A stretch of 64,000 nucleotides of DNA from Candidatus Methylomirabilis sp. (GTDB lineage Bacteria > Oederibacteriota > PGYV01 > DYJU01). The notes beneath the pieces are model-generated. The model saw nothing but the letters and a program-made list of their open reading frames with translations, had not been told where the DNA came from and searched no databases. Shown piece by piece: positions 39,447 through 49,317 of the stretch. Positions within the stretch are counted from its first letter, which is position 1, and the number at the start of each line of letters is the position of its first letter. Made by a program: the position numbers and the translations under genes. The DNA lies in assembly GCA_020722985.1 (NCBI GenBank), contig DYJU01000001.1, forward strand, positions 4,943-68,942, given 5' to 3'.

Positions 39447-42400
39447 ATGCCTTATCTATTTTTTTTTATTAAAATTTTAATTTTAATTTTTAATATATCA
39501 TTATTTGCCGAAGAAAAAATATCAGATAACGCTGCCAATACTCAAAATGTAACAATTGGAAATTATGTTTTTAAAGGACCTGAAAATTTAAGGGCACAGG
39601 TAGATGGGATACAGGTAAAATTGATATGGGATTCAGTTAATTTACCGGGAATAACATATAATATATACAGAAGCACAGAAGAACAGGGAGAATATTTAAA
39701 AATAAATAAAGAAGAAATAAAAATAAATGAATATATTGACAATAAAAAAAATAGTATAATGTCATTGTTAAGCAGTATTAAATATTTTTATAAGGTGTCT
39801 GCCGTTGATTCCGGGAAGGAAATAGGGGAATCCAATATAGTATTTGCTGTCCCTACAGGCAGTCTTTTACCGCCAGATGAAGTAAATGTTGTCCCTTATC
39901 CTGATAAGGTTTTGATAAAATGGGTAGAACCTGATTCAACAGGCGAATATGAAATTGATGGATATAATATTTTCAGGTCAATTGATGATAAAGAAGAGGG
40001 TATAAAATTAAACAAAGAGTTAATAAAGGGTTTTGAATACGAAGATAAAGATATTGAACAGGGAGTAAAATATTTTTATAAATTGCAGAGTGTTGATGTC
40101 AGGGGAAATACTTCTGCATTTTCTAAAAGTTATGAGACAATGCCTTTTTCACTTATCTCAGAACCACTTGATGTTACTGCTTATGCTAAGTCAAGCGAAA
40201 GTATAAAAATTGCCTGGTCAGAGCCAGATATAAAAGGGACATATGGCATAGGTTATTATAATATATTCAGAAGTGAAAATCCTGATTCTTTTCCTGAAAA
40301 ACCGATTAATATTAAACCTGTAAAAACTTATTATGACGAAGAAGGAAAAGTTTTTTATTTTGATAATATAATAAATAGCACCGAACCGCCACAGCCCGGG
40401 AAAAATTATTATTATAAAGTTGTTCCTGTTGATGCAGAGGGGCACGCAGGAGTTGCAAGTAAAGTTGCAGGAGCAAATATAGAGATTTTGAAACTAAAAA
40501 AATCCGGAATTATTTCTGCTGAAATTTCAGAATACGGGCTTCCACCAGATTCAAATTTAAAGATATCGGGAAGTAAACAAATAGAGTTATCCTATAAATA
40601 TGTATTTGAAACAGGTAAAATTCCACAGCGAACCAGATTTGACATTAAGCAACCACTTAAAGTTAAAGTGGAAGGAAACATAGGCAAAAAAATAACTGTG
40701 GAAGTTGACCATGATGATGACAGGACTCAGGATGAACAAAGGAAAATATCAATTAAATATCAAGGTGATAAAGAAGAGACCATACAGGAAGTAAATTTCG
40801 GTGATATAACACTTTCCATACCTGCAACGAGATTTGTAAGTTATTCACAGTCATTGTTCGGTATTAATGCAAAAGCAAAATTTGGTGATAAATTTACGCT
40901 TTCTGCAATTGCGGCGCAGACAAAAGGTATAACAGCCAAACAGACTTTTAAAGGCAATTTAAGGGAAAAAGAAGTAAACGGTAAAATAGGTATTTTTATA
41001 ATGGATACAGATTTTATCAAAAATACATATTATTATATAACAAAAGAAAATATTCAAATAAAACCAGGTTCGGTAGTTGTTTATGTTGACAATGCCAATG
41101 CGTATGATTCAAACATTTATACCAGAAAGTCATATCCGACAGGCAAATTTGAATTTGACTTTAAATATTTAGGGCTTGATTATACAGTTGATTATAAAAA
41201 TAATATAATTAAGTTTAGTTTTCCGATATATGATAATTATATAATTGCAATTGCTTATGAAACAATGGATGGAAGAAAAATAGGTTTTGATGCAAGTGGT
41301 AATTTTGATTTTAATGAAGCAAATTTAGTTTCTGATACCAACGGTATGACATCTGAATATGCACATCTTATTCAGGATGGAACAATGCAAAACCCCAAAG
41401 ATATATCACATAAAGTTTTAAGTTATTATTATCTGGGCGATACGCAGATTTTTGACCCTAAACTGGATCAGGATTTTGAAATAAGAATATATGATATGTC
41501 AGATAAAGAATATTATATACCTAAACCAACAGACCCTGATGCTGATAAATGGTATGAAATAGATACGGATTTTGGTTTGCTTAGATTTAAAAGTTATTAT
41601 CCTTTTGTTTATCCAAATAATTCACCCTGCGATCCTGCAACAAGCAATACAAGAATAGGAACAGAAGATGATGCATATAAAACCTATCCACCAGTTAGTT
41701 CAAGATATAAAATATATTTAAGATATAAATATTATGTTTCATCTTATAAACTTGATTATCCCGGTGTAGTATATGGAAGCGAACGTGTATATTTAAATGG
41801 CAGATTATTAAAAAAAGATGTAGATTATTATATTATATATGAAACCGGAGAAATAAGTTTTATTGATAAAAATTTGATTCAATCAGATTCTGAAATTATA
41901 ATTACTTATGAATATTTTCCATTTTTTCAGGCATTCCCGAGTAATCTATATGGAGCAAGGGCAGAGTATAAATTGCTTGATAATTTATCTCTGGGCTCTA
42001 CTTTTCTTTATAAAAGCGCAAATACAAGTAGTAAAACTATTCCGGATGCAAGGTCCACATATCAGGGACTTTCAACGCCATACAGTATGTATATATTAGA
42101 TGGTGATATCAAATTTGATTTAAAAAAAGATCAGATAAATAAAATACTGGACGCTTTACCACTTATTGAAAATTCTGAAGTGCCTGTTGATTTTTCATTC
42201 CAGGCTGAAATAGCCCATAGCAATTTTAACCCCAATATATTTGATAAAAATAATGAGCATGGCGTTGCTATGATAGATAATATAGAAGGTGCTGATAACA
42301 TAATTAGCACATCAATGGATCTAAATTACTGGTTCCCGGCGAGTAGACCACAGGCATCAGATATTTCAACTGATAGAATTCAGATAAGAAAATCAAATAT

Positions 42401-45400
42401 AACAGATGTTGATCCCGCACCGAGTTCAGGTACTGATATATACGGGACATCAGATAGAAAAATTATGCTCCAGTTAAATTATGCTAACTTAACGAGTTCA
42501 AGATGGGATGCATATAGATATTTAATTTCTTCCTATGGCGAAAATTTAAATAGTTATTCATATATTGAAATGTGGATTTATACAACACAGCCAATTGAAA
42601 TTGGCTTTGATCTCGGAGTAATCAGTGAAGATTCAAATGGGAATGGTATTTTAAATACTGAAGATAACTCTGGTGGTAGGCCAAATGGTATTTTAGAATC
42701 AGGCGAAGATATCGGGATAGATCAGTCAGGAAACGAATACTGGGGAGGAGGAAATGGTTTTTTAGATACTGAAGACATGAGTAATAATGGGATTTTGGAT
42801 ACATATGATGCATATTACCAGTATAGAAAAACACTTACAGAAACCGGCAGGTGGATAAATTTAAAAATTGATTTAAAAAAGATAGGAGAATTTGTAGGAT
42901 ATAATGTTACAACTGATCCAGCAAATAAGAATTTTCTTTCTCTTGTGAAACATTTAAGATTAGTTATAAGAGGCACTTCGGCAACGCCTGTAAATGGTTA
43001 TGTAAAAATATCATCAGTTGATATTACCGGGAATTCATGGGTTTTAAAAGTTATGCCAAATTCTTATGACAGGGTAGGTAATAAAATTGACTCTCCTGAT
43101 GTAAACAAATTTAATATGACAACTGTAAATCAATATACAGATTCTTCGTATATTCCGAATACCAGTTTTTTTGAATATCAGAGTGAAGAAGATAAAAAAT
43201 CAGAAAAAGGATTAAAAATAAATTATGAACTGTCAAATTATGATTTTAGAACAGATGGTAAACCTATTTATTTTGCAACCAAGGATTTAAGCAGGAGTAT
43301 AGGATATGATTATTCGGCATTTAAAAAATTAAGGTTTGATATTTTATATTCAAAAAAAGATGGTAGTTCTGGTTCCGGAAAAATATTATTTATACGCCTG
43401 GGTACCGGAACATCAGATGATAATAATTATTATCAGTATAACACTCAATTAGATGAAATACCTGTAGATAATGCATGGCATACCATTGAATTAAGACTGG
43501 ACGGTTCAGATAAAAAAAGAAGCGAACCTGTTGGTTCGCCCAATTTAAAACAGATAAATTATATTTCAATAGGTGTTATTAATCCTAATTCAATGTCTGT
43601 AAATGAAATTTTTTATATAAATAATATAAGGTTAACAGATCCGGACGAAAAGGTTGGCTCAGGTAAATATACCAATGCTACAATTAATTATTCTAATTTT
43701 GGAACTTTATCGCATTCTTTTGAAGAAAAAGAAAGTGATTTTATGACAATTGCTGATATAGGAAGTTCTATAGTAAAACAGCATTCCCGTAAAAATTCTA
43801 TAAATTTTAATTATAACCAGATTTCTTTTTTACCGGTAAATAACTCATATTCAAAAGAAGAATTATTTACCGAGGGTAAATATAGAAATGACCCTGAATA
43901 CACAAGTAATTATATAATACCTGATATCGTCAGAGAAAGTTTTACAAATTCAACAACATTCAGTTTAGTCCCAAACCTTACACTTATCAATAATCTAACA
44001 AAAGAAAACAGTAAAAACAGATATGTAAAAGTTTATACATATAAAGATTATGATTATGAAAAATTAAAAACTGTGCCTTCTGCCCGCTATATAGTTCCTG
44101 CTGAAATTGAATTACCAGCAGGTTTTAAGGTGCCGCTCGGAAATAACACCATAGAAGGCAATATTGCTTTTACAGATGAAAGATATAATTATATTCAGCC
44201 AGAACCAATTACCATCTGTGCTGACTGCTTTGATCAATGGAAATTGAGCAGGGAGCAAAGTTATAAATGGACAGGTAATTATAAAATTGACAGACTAACT
44301 TTATCCCCTGGTTATCAATATTCGCTTAATGAAATAAAAGGGAATGTTCAATCTATATATACTTATTATCAGGATAGGATAAGCCCTGATAAAAAATATG
44401 TGGATGATTATATACTTTTAAAACGAAGTATAATACCAGCGCTATCTTTGTCACTTGGTGAAATTTTGATTTTTAATCCACAGATTTCTTATCAAACAAA
44501 CTATACTATGGATTATTCACAGAGAAATCTATCAACAACAGGTAATTTTTCTTTTATGACAAAGGTAGAATTAAAAAAATTACTTGACTTTTTACCAGAC
44601 ATCAGCACATATAATATCAGTATAAACATTGTTGAAAACTATAATGATGCATATTATGCGGATTCAACGAAAGAATATGAAAAGTTAAGTTTTGAAACAA
44701 AGTGGTTTATTAATTCCTGGGAGAATATATTTAACATTAAAAAAATAGAGGAGTTAGAAAACATATCCTATAATGGTTCATTAAGATTAAATCATAATTT
44801 AAATTTTTCAGAAATAAAATTACTTGATAGAATTTCTATTTCGCCGGGCTTCGAATATGGTATTTATAGGAGTTCATATTCAAGGATTTTAAACACATTT
44901 ACAAATACAATAACTTTGAGTGTTTATAATATACAAATTTTTAATGTTAATATTCCAGGATTGGAAAAATTTATAAGAAATGAAACAATATCAGGTAAAT
45001 ATTCGTATAATAATACGAAAACCATAAACCCAACAAATAAAGAAGAGATAATAGCTGAAAATTCAAATCAACAGGTAAGCGCAACCTTAAATTTTAAAGA
45101 TTATGATGCAAATGAAAATCCGCTTACAGGCCAGATTGGCATTACATATAGCAATAAAAATAACAAAAACAAAGAGATTTTAACCTCGGAAAATATTTTT
45201 ACACCTACGTTTCAAATTAACTATCAGTTAAAATTTGGAGAACCATTTGTTTTTCCCTCATGGATGCCATGGATTGGTGGAAAAGCATTTAAGTTAGAAC
45301 ATATATTACAGTGGCAGAATTCAATGGCAGTTACAATAACAAGAGGCGATGAAAAAGGCGGAACTGGTGCAAATAAACAATCAAATGAAAAATATACAGC

Positions 45401-45545
45401 TTCAACAGAATTTTCTTATAATTTTCTTGAAAATTTTAATGGAATTTTCAGGCTGACCTATGAAAATAATGTGGATAGGATAAAAGATCCCAAGTATTCA
45501 TATAGTTCAATAGAAATTTCTCTTTCTTTCAGTGCATATTTTTAA
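39447..45545 (+). CDS. Giant 2032-aa outer-membrane-associated protein with four N-terminal Fn3 repeats and a long beta-rich region of about 1,650 aa ending in Phe. It may be a very large beta-barrel, possibly SprA/Sov-like.
   Basis: It has a signal peptide. The Fn3 repeats carry YNIYRS/YNIFRS ... YFYK/YYYKV motifs. The rest is rich in alternating Y, N, S and T beta-strand-like sequence. The C-terminus ...IEISLSFSAYF is an OMP-type aromatic end. Its ATG directly abuts the MCP stop codon (aatTAAATG). Confidence 0.45.
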   Translation: MPYLFFFIKILILIFNISLFAEEKISDNAANTQNVTIGNYVFKGPENLRAQVDGIQVKLIWDSVNLPGITYNIYRSTEEQGEYLKINKEEIKINEYIDNKKNSIMSLLSSIKYFYKVSAVDSGKEIGESNIVFAVPTGSLLPPDEVNVVPYPDKVLIKWVEPDSTGEYEIDGYNIFRSIDDKEEGIKLNKELIKGFEYEDKDIEQGVKYFYKLQSVDVRGNTSAFSKSYETMPFSLISEPLDVTAYAKSSESIKIAWSEPDIKGTYGIGYYNIFRSENPDSFPEKPINIKPVKTYYDEEGKVFYFDNIINSTEPPQPGKNYYYKVVPVDAEGHAGVASKVAGANIEILKLKKSGIISAEISEYGLPPDSNLKISGSKQIELSYKYVFETGKIPQRTRFDIKQPLKVKVEGNIGKKITVEVDHDDDRTQDEQRKISIKYQGDKEETIQEVNFGDITLSIPATRFVSYSQSLFGINAKAKFGDKFTLSAIAAQTKGITAKQTFKGNLREKEVNGKIGIFIMDTDFIKNTYYYITKENIQIKPGSVVVYVDNANAYDSNIYTRKSYPTGKFEFDFKYLGLDYTVDYKNNIIKFSFPIYDNYIIAIAYETMDGRKIGFDASGNFDFNEANLVSDTNGMTSEYAHLIQDGTMQNPKDISHKVLSYYYLGDTQIFDPKLDQDFEIRIYDMSDKEYYIPKPTDPDADKWYEIDTDFGLLRFKSYYPFVYPNNSPCDPATSNTRIGTEDDAYKTYPPVSSRYKIYLRYKYYVSSYKLDYPGVVYGSERVYLNGRLLKKDVDYYIIYETGEISFIDKNLIQSDSEIIITYEYFPFFQAFPSNLYGARAEYKLLDNLSLGSTFLYKSANTSSKTIPDARSTYQGLSTPYSMYILDGDIKFDLKKDQINKILDALPLIENSEVPVDFSFQAEIAHSNFNPNIFDKNNEHGVAMIDNIEGADNIISTSMDLNYWFPASRPQASDISTDRIQIRKSNITDVDPAPSSGTDIYGTSDRKIMLQLNYANLTSSRWDAYRYLISSYGENLNSYSYIEMWIYTTQPIEIGFDLGVISEDSNGNGILNTEDNSGGRPNGILESGEDIGIDQSGNEYWGGGNGFLDTEDMSNNGILDTYDAYYQYRKTLTETGRWINLKIDLKKIGEFVGYNVTTDPANKNFLSLVKHLRLVIRGTSATPVNGYVKISSVDITGNSWVLKVMPNSYDRVGNKIDSPDVNKFNMTTVNQYTDSSYIPNTSFFEYQSEEDKKSEKGLKINYELSNYDFRTDGKPIYFATKDLSRSIGYDYSAFKKLRFDILYSKKDGSSGSGKILFIRLGTGTSDDNNYYQYNTQLDEIPVDNAWHTIELRLDGSDKKRSEPVGSPNLKQINYISIGVINPNSMSVNEIFYINNIRLTDPDEKVGSGKYTNATINYSNFGTLSHSFEEKESDFMTIADIGSSIVKQHSRKNSINFNYNQISFLPVNNSYSKEELFTEGKYRNDPEYTSNYIIPDIVRESFTNSTTFSLVPNLTLINNLTKENSKNRYVKVYTYKDYDYEKLKTVPSARYIVPAEIELPAGFKVPLGNNTIEGNIAFTDERYNYIQPEPITICADCFDQWKLSREQSYKWTGNYKIDRLTLSPGYQYSLNEIKGNVQSIYTYYQDRISPDKKYVDDYILLKRSIIPALSLSLGEILIFNPQISYQTNYTMDYSQRNLSTTGNFSFMTKVELKKLLDFLPDISTYNISINIVENYNDAYYADSTKEYEKLSFETKWFINSWENIFNIKKIEELENISYNGSLRLNHNLNFSEIKLLDRISISPGFEYGIYRSSYSRILNTFTNTITLSVYNIQIFNVNIPGLEKFIRNETISGKYSYNNTKTINPTNKEEIIAENSNQQVSATLNFKDYDANENPLTGQIGITYSNKNNKNKEILTSENIFTPTFQINYQLKFGEPFVFPSWMPWIGGKAFKLEHILQWQNSMAVTITRGDEKGGTGANKQSNEKYTASTEFSYNFLENFNGIFRLTYENNVDRIKDPKYSYSSIEISLSFSAYF

Positions 45546-45556
45546 AAGGAGGTATT

Positions 45557-48500
45557 ATGAGTTTAATAAAAAAAATTTTTTATATAATAATAATTACTTC
45601 AATGCCTGTTTTTTTATCTGCTGAGATTTTACCGCCTTCTTCAGTAAATCCTGTAAGATGGGATGATGGAGTTGAAATTATATGGCAGGATGCTGTTTCA
45701 ACAACGAATGTTTCTTATTATATAATTTACAGATCGACCTTTGAAAATTTAACCGAGACATATTATGATGTTACATTTTCAACAGGCACAAACGTAACGC
45801 GTTATGTTGATAGTTTAATAAATACCTATGATGTTTTTTATTATGCTATCCAGACAGTTGATTCAGCAGGCAATACCAGTGTTTTATCATCTGTAAAACC
45901 TGCTTTCCCTTATAACCTGACAATTACAGCTTTTAACTCAAAAAATTTTTTAAAATGGAATAACAAATTTTTAAGTTCGTGTAGTTTTAATATTTATAGT
46001 AGTACAGATGCACAGGGGAATTTCACATCAATTGCAAGCACAATAACAGCAGGAGAATATATAGATACTGAAGTTATAAATGGATTTACATATTATTATA
46101 AAATAGGTGTTATTTACAATTCGCAGGAAGCGCCTTTATCATCAACAAAATCTGCTATACCTTTTGTAAATCCATTTTCGCCTGCAAATTTATCGTATTC
46201 TGTAAATATTGATACTTCGGGAAATACAAATGTAATTATCACATGGTCATCTGAAAATACAAAAGGAACCTATCCTGTATCAGGATTTAAAATTTTCAGG
46301 TCATTAATTTATGATGATGAAAATGATTTTTCTGCTTTTTCAACGTCAACGGGTTATGTGGATACTTTACCTGCACCCGGATATAAATATTATTATAAGA
46401 TAATGACAGAAGATATAAAAGGTAATACTTCTTTGCCTTCCTATTTTTCGGTATATATAAATGGTCAGCCATCAGCGCCTTTAAATCTCACAATTACCTC
46501 TTCTGGTATTGAATCTGTAAATCTTATGTGGGATACAAATTTAAGTTATGAAAATGTAACTGCTTATGTTGTTTACAGGGCAACTTATGAAGAAATTGGT
46601 TTGACATCTTTTAATTTTTATATTGATAATATTACTTTTTCACCCGGGGAAACAATAAATTATCATGTGCGTGCTTTAAATGCATCTGGATTAAGTGATT
46701 TTTCAAATGCTGTTACAGTAACAGTGGTTCCTAAAAAACCTTCAAATTTTAATGTTTATCAGGATGAACCCGACAAAGTCAATCTAAACTGGGATGCAAA
46801 TGGTACAATTGAAAATATAAAGATATATAATATTTATAGAGTTGTGCCGCCTGCAACAATTGATATTAACAATCCATATTATGTTTTGACAACAGAAACA
46901 GTAGCAGGAACTATTGAGTGGCAGGATTCAGCAGTAAATACAGGCACATTTTATAGTTATGCTGTGGCAGGTGTTACATTAAATGCTTATTCACAGTATG
47001 TAACAGGAATTGCAACATCTGCGCTTTATATAACACCTGTTTCAATACCTGCAATTCCTGTTAATTTAACGATCACAGCTTTTAATTCCTATGTTTTACT
47101 TTCCTGGGTTGAAAATGATGAAAAAGAAAAAATAGCAGGATATAATATATTTAGAAGTACTGATGATATTTTTTATGAGAATATTACAAAAGTAGTAAAT
47201 AACTATTATTATGATACAGGACTTAATACATATACTGTTTATTATTATAAAACTAATGCTGAAAATTATCTGGGCTGGTCATCAACCTTAACTGCTTATG
47301 TTTTTGCTATACCTTATGCGTTAAATTTTATAGATAATCCAAGAAACGTAACCTTATCATCAAAAGGAGATGGAAATTTATTTTTACAATGGTCGGCATC
47401 GCCGCCTGAGGATTCTGTTACAAAATACAATATTTACAGGTCAACAGTTTCAGGAATTTATGAAGCAACCCCATATACTTATACACAGGTTACATATTAT
47501 ACTGATACATCTGTAACAGCAGGAACACAATACTTTTATAAAATAACAGCTTTTGGGGTAACAGAAAGTGCAGCATCAGATGAAGTGAACGGAATACCAT
47601 ATTTAAAACCATATCCGCCGACAAATATAGAAATTGTTAATTTGCATAATAAGGTTTTATTAAAATGGACTGCTCCTGCTTTAAAAGGCACATATCAGAG
47701 TATAGATCAGTATAATATTTATAAAAGCACATCTTCCAGTAATTTTACTCTTATAGAATCAAAAACCACTGAAAATTATTTTATTGATAGTTCTGTAAAT
47801 ACAGGATATTCTTATTATTATAAAATAAAAACAGTTGATGATAATAACGAAGAAGATACAGATACCACAAATTATTATATAAATCTCATTGATACATCTT
47901 TTCCGCCGGATACTCTTATTGCATTTGCAGGAGAAAACTGGGTTACCTTGAACTGGAAAAGGGTTACTTTAACTGCTGATTCATATAATATTTATAAAAG
48001 CACTACATCAGGTAATTATGGAGAACCTTACATTTATTCTTTGGGCGTAAATCAATACAAGGAATTTACGGATTATAATGTCCAGAGGGGAATTACATAT
48101 TATTATACTATAACTGCAATTAATTCAGCAGGTGAAGGTCCTAAATCAAATGAAGTTGAAATTACACCATATCTTACAGCAAGATTACCTGAAAATCCTT
48201 TAATAAGATATACATTAGAAAACAAGAAAAACATCCATCTTTACTGGGATAAGGCAATAGATGGCGATTATCCGGTTGTGGGATATAATATTTTGAGGAG
48301 TAAAGATGGTGGAGCAAATTATGAAACTTTAGGTTTTGTAACAGCAACAGCTACTCCTGATTTTTTAGATGATAAGACAGAGTGGGGTAATATTTATTAT
48401 TATATGATAAGAACTGTTGACTCTAAATCAAATCAGGATGCTATATATCCTGTTTTAAAGGTTGAATTGCCGGTGCCTGAAGATAAAATAAGAGTTTTTG

Positions 48501-48787
48501 CCAATCTTTTTGATTTGAGCAAAAATGAAAAATTAAAATTAAAATATCAGGCAGTAAAAAGTGGAAAAATAAGGATAAAAATTTATACATTAAGTGGTAA
48601 TTTTGTAAAAACTTTATTAGAAGAAGAGGTACCGGAAGGAACTTCTTCAGAAAATCCTTATGAAAGTCATGAATTTTTCTGGGATGGAAAGAATTCCAAT
48701 GGAGAAAAAGTTGCATCCGGAGTTTACATTATAATACTTGAAACAAAAGATAAAAAAGTTATGGCAAAGGTGGCAGTGGTGAAGTAA
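45557..48787 (+). CDS. Secreted 1076-aa protein with about ten Fn3-like repeats and a T9SS-type, FlgD-Ig-like C-terminal sorting domain
   Basis: It has a signal peptide. The repeats show YNIYRS/FRST ... YYYKI motifs. The C-terminus reads KIRIKIYTLSGNFVKTLLEE...FFWDGKNSNGEKVASGVYIIILE. Confidence 0.65.
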   Translation: MSLIKKIFYIIIITSMPVFLSAEILPPSSVNPVRWDDGVEIIWQDAVSTTNVSYYIIYRSTFENLTETYYDVTFSTGTNVTRYVDSLINTYDVFYYAIQTVDSAGNTSVLSSVKPAFPYNLTITAFNSKNFLKWNNKFLSSCSFNIYSSTDAQGNFTSIASTITAGEYIDTEVINGFTYYYKIGVIYNSQEAPLSSTKSAIPFVNPFSPANLSYSVNIDTSGNTNVIITWSSENTKGTYPVSGFKIFRSLIYDDENDFSAFSTSTGYVDTLPAPGYKYYYKIMTEDIKGNTSLPSYFSVYINGQPSAPLNLTITSSGIESVNLMWDTNLSYENVTAYVVYRATYEEIGLTSFNFYIDNITFSPGETINYHVRALNASGLSDFSNAVTVTVVPKKPSNFNVYQDEPDKVNLNWDANGTIENIKIYNIYRVVPPATIDINNPYYVLTTETVAGTIEWQDSAVNTGTFYSYAVAGVTLNAYSQYVTGIATSALYITPVSIPAIPVNLTITAFNSYVLLSWVENDEKEKIAGYNIFRSTDDIFYENITKVVNNYYYDTGLNTYTVYYYKTNAENYLGWSSTLTAYVFAIPYALNFIDNPRNVTLSSKGDGNLFLQWSASPPEDSVTKYNIYRSTVSGIYEATPYTYTQVTYYTDTSVTAGTQYFYKITAFGVTESAASDEVNGIPYLKPYPPTNIEIVNLHNKVLLKWTAPALKGTYQSIDQYNIYKSTSSSNFTLIESKTTENYFIDSSVNTGYSYYYKIKTVDDNNEEDTDTTNYYINLIDTSFPPDTLIAFAGENWVTLNWKRVTLTADSYNIYKSTTSGNYGEPYIYSLGVNQYKEFTDYNVQRGITYYYTITAINSAGEGPKSNEVEITPYLTARLPENPLIRYTLENKKNIHLYWDKAIDGDYPVVGYNILRSKDGGANYETLGFVTATATPDFLDDKTEWGNIYYYMIRTVDSKSNQDAIYPVLKVELPVPEDKIRVFANLFDLSKNEKLKLKYQAVKSGKIRIKIYTLSGNFVKTLLEEEVPEGTSSENPYESHEFFWDGKNSNGEKVASGVYIIILETKDKKVMAKVAVVK

Positions 48788-48828
48788 AAACTTTACCGAT
48801 TGTCAATGCTGGTTGATATAACAAAGAC

Positions 48829-49154
48829 GTAATAGTTTTGCCATTAGAAGTCCACTTGTAAAAGTATGGCTACTAGTAAGGAAAACCCTAACTATTGTCA
48901 TTCTTAGGAAGCCGAAAGAGAAGTTAAGAAGAGGAAATAAGGGCGGACGGACGAGCCAGACGAAGCAATCTGGCAGTTGAAAAACGAAAGAAGACAAGAT
49001 AAAAAGGCGCTCAGGTATAAAAGCAAGATTGCTTTGTCAGACTCATTAAACGGAGGAATAGAAGTCAGAAGTTATCGTTTGCCTGACTTCGCAATGACAA
49101 AGTAAAAAATTTATTTATTGACCAATTTTGTCCTATCAGTGGCTAAAATGTTAC
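48829..49154 (+). mobile_element. MITE-like TIR-bounded repeat, copy 8
   Basis: It starts GTAATAGTTTTGCCATTAGAAGT and ends ATCAGTGGCTAAAATGTTAC. Confidence 0.65.
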
Positions 49155-49317
49155 TAATATTTTATTAATACTATTATTTTATAAAAAAGGGCAATCTTTT
49201 TTAATTATTTTCCCCTTTCTATTACAATTTTAACGGATACAGAACATGCTTTTTAAAATCAATAAACTATGATAAAATAAAAATCAAATTTATATTTAAT
49301 TCAGGAAGGAAAGAAAA

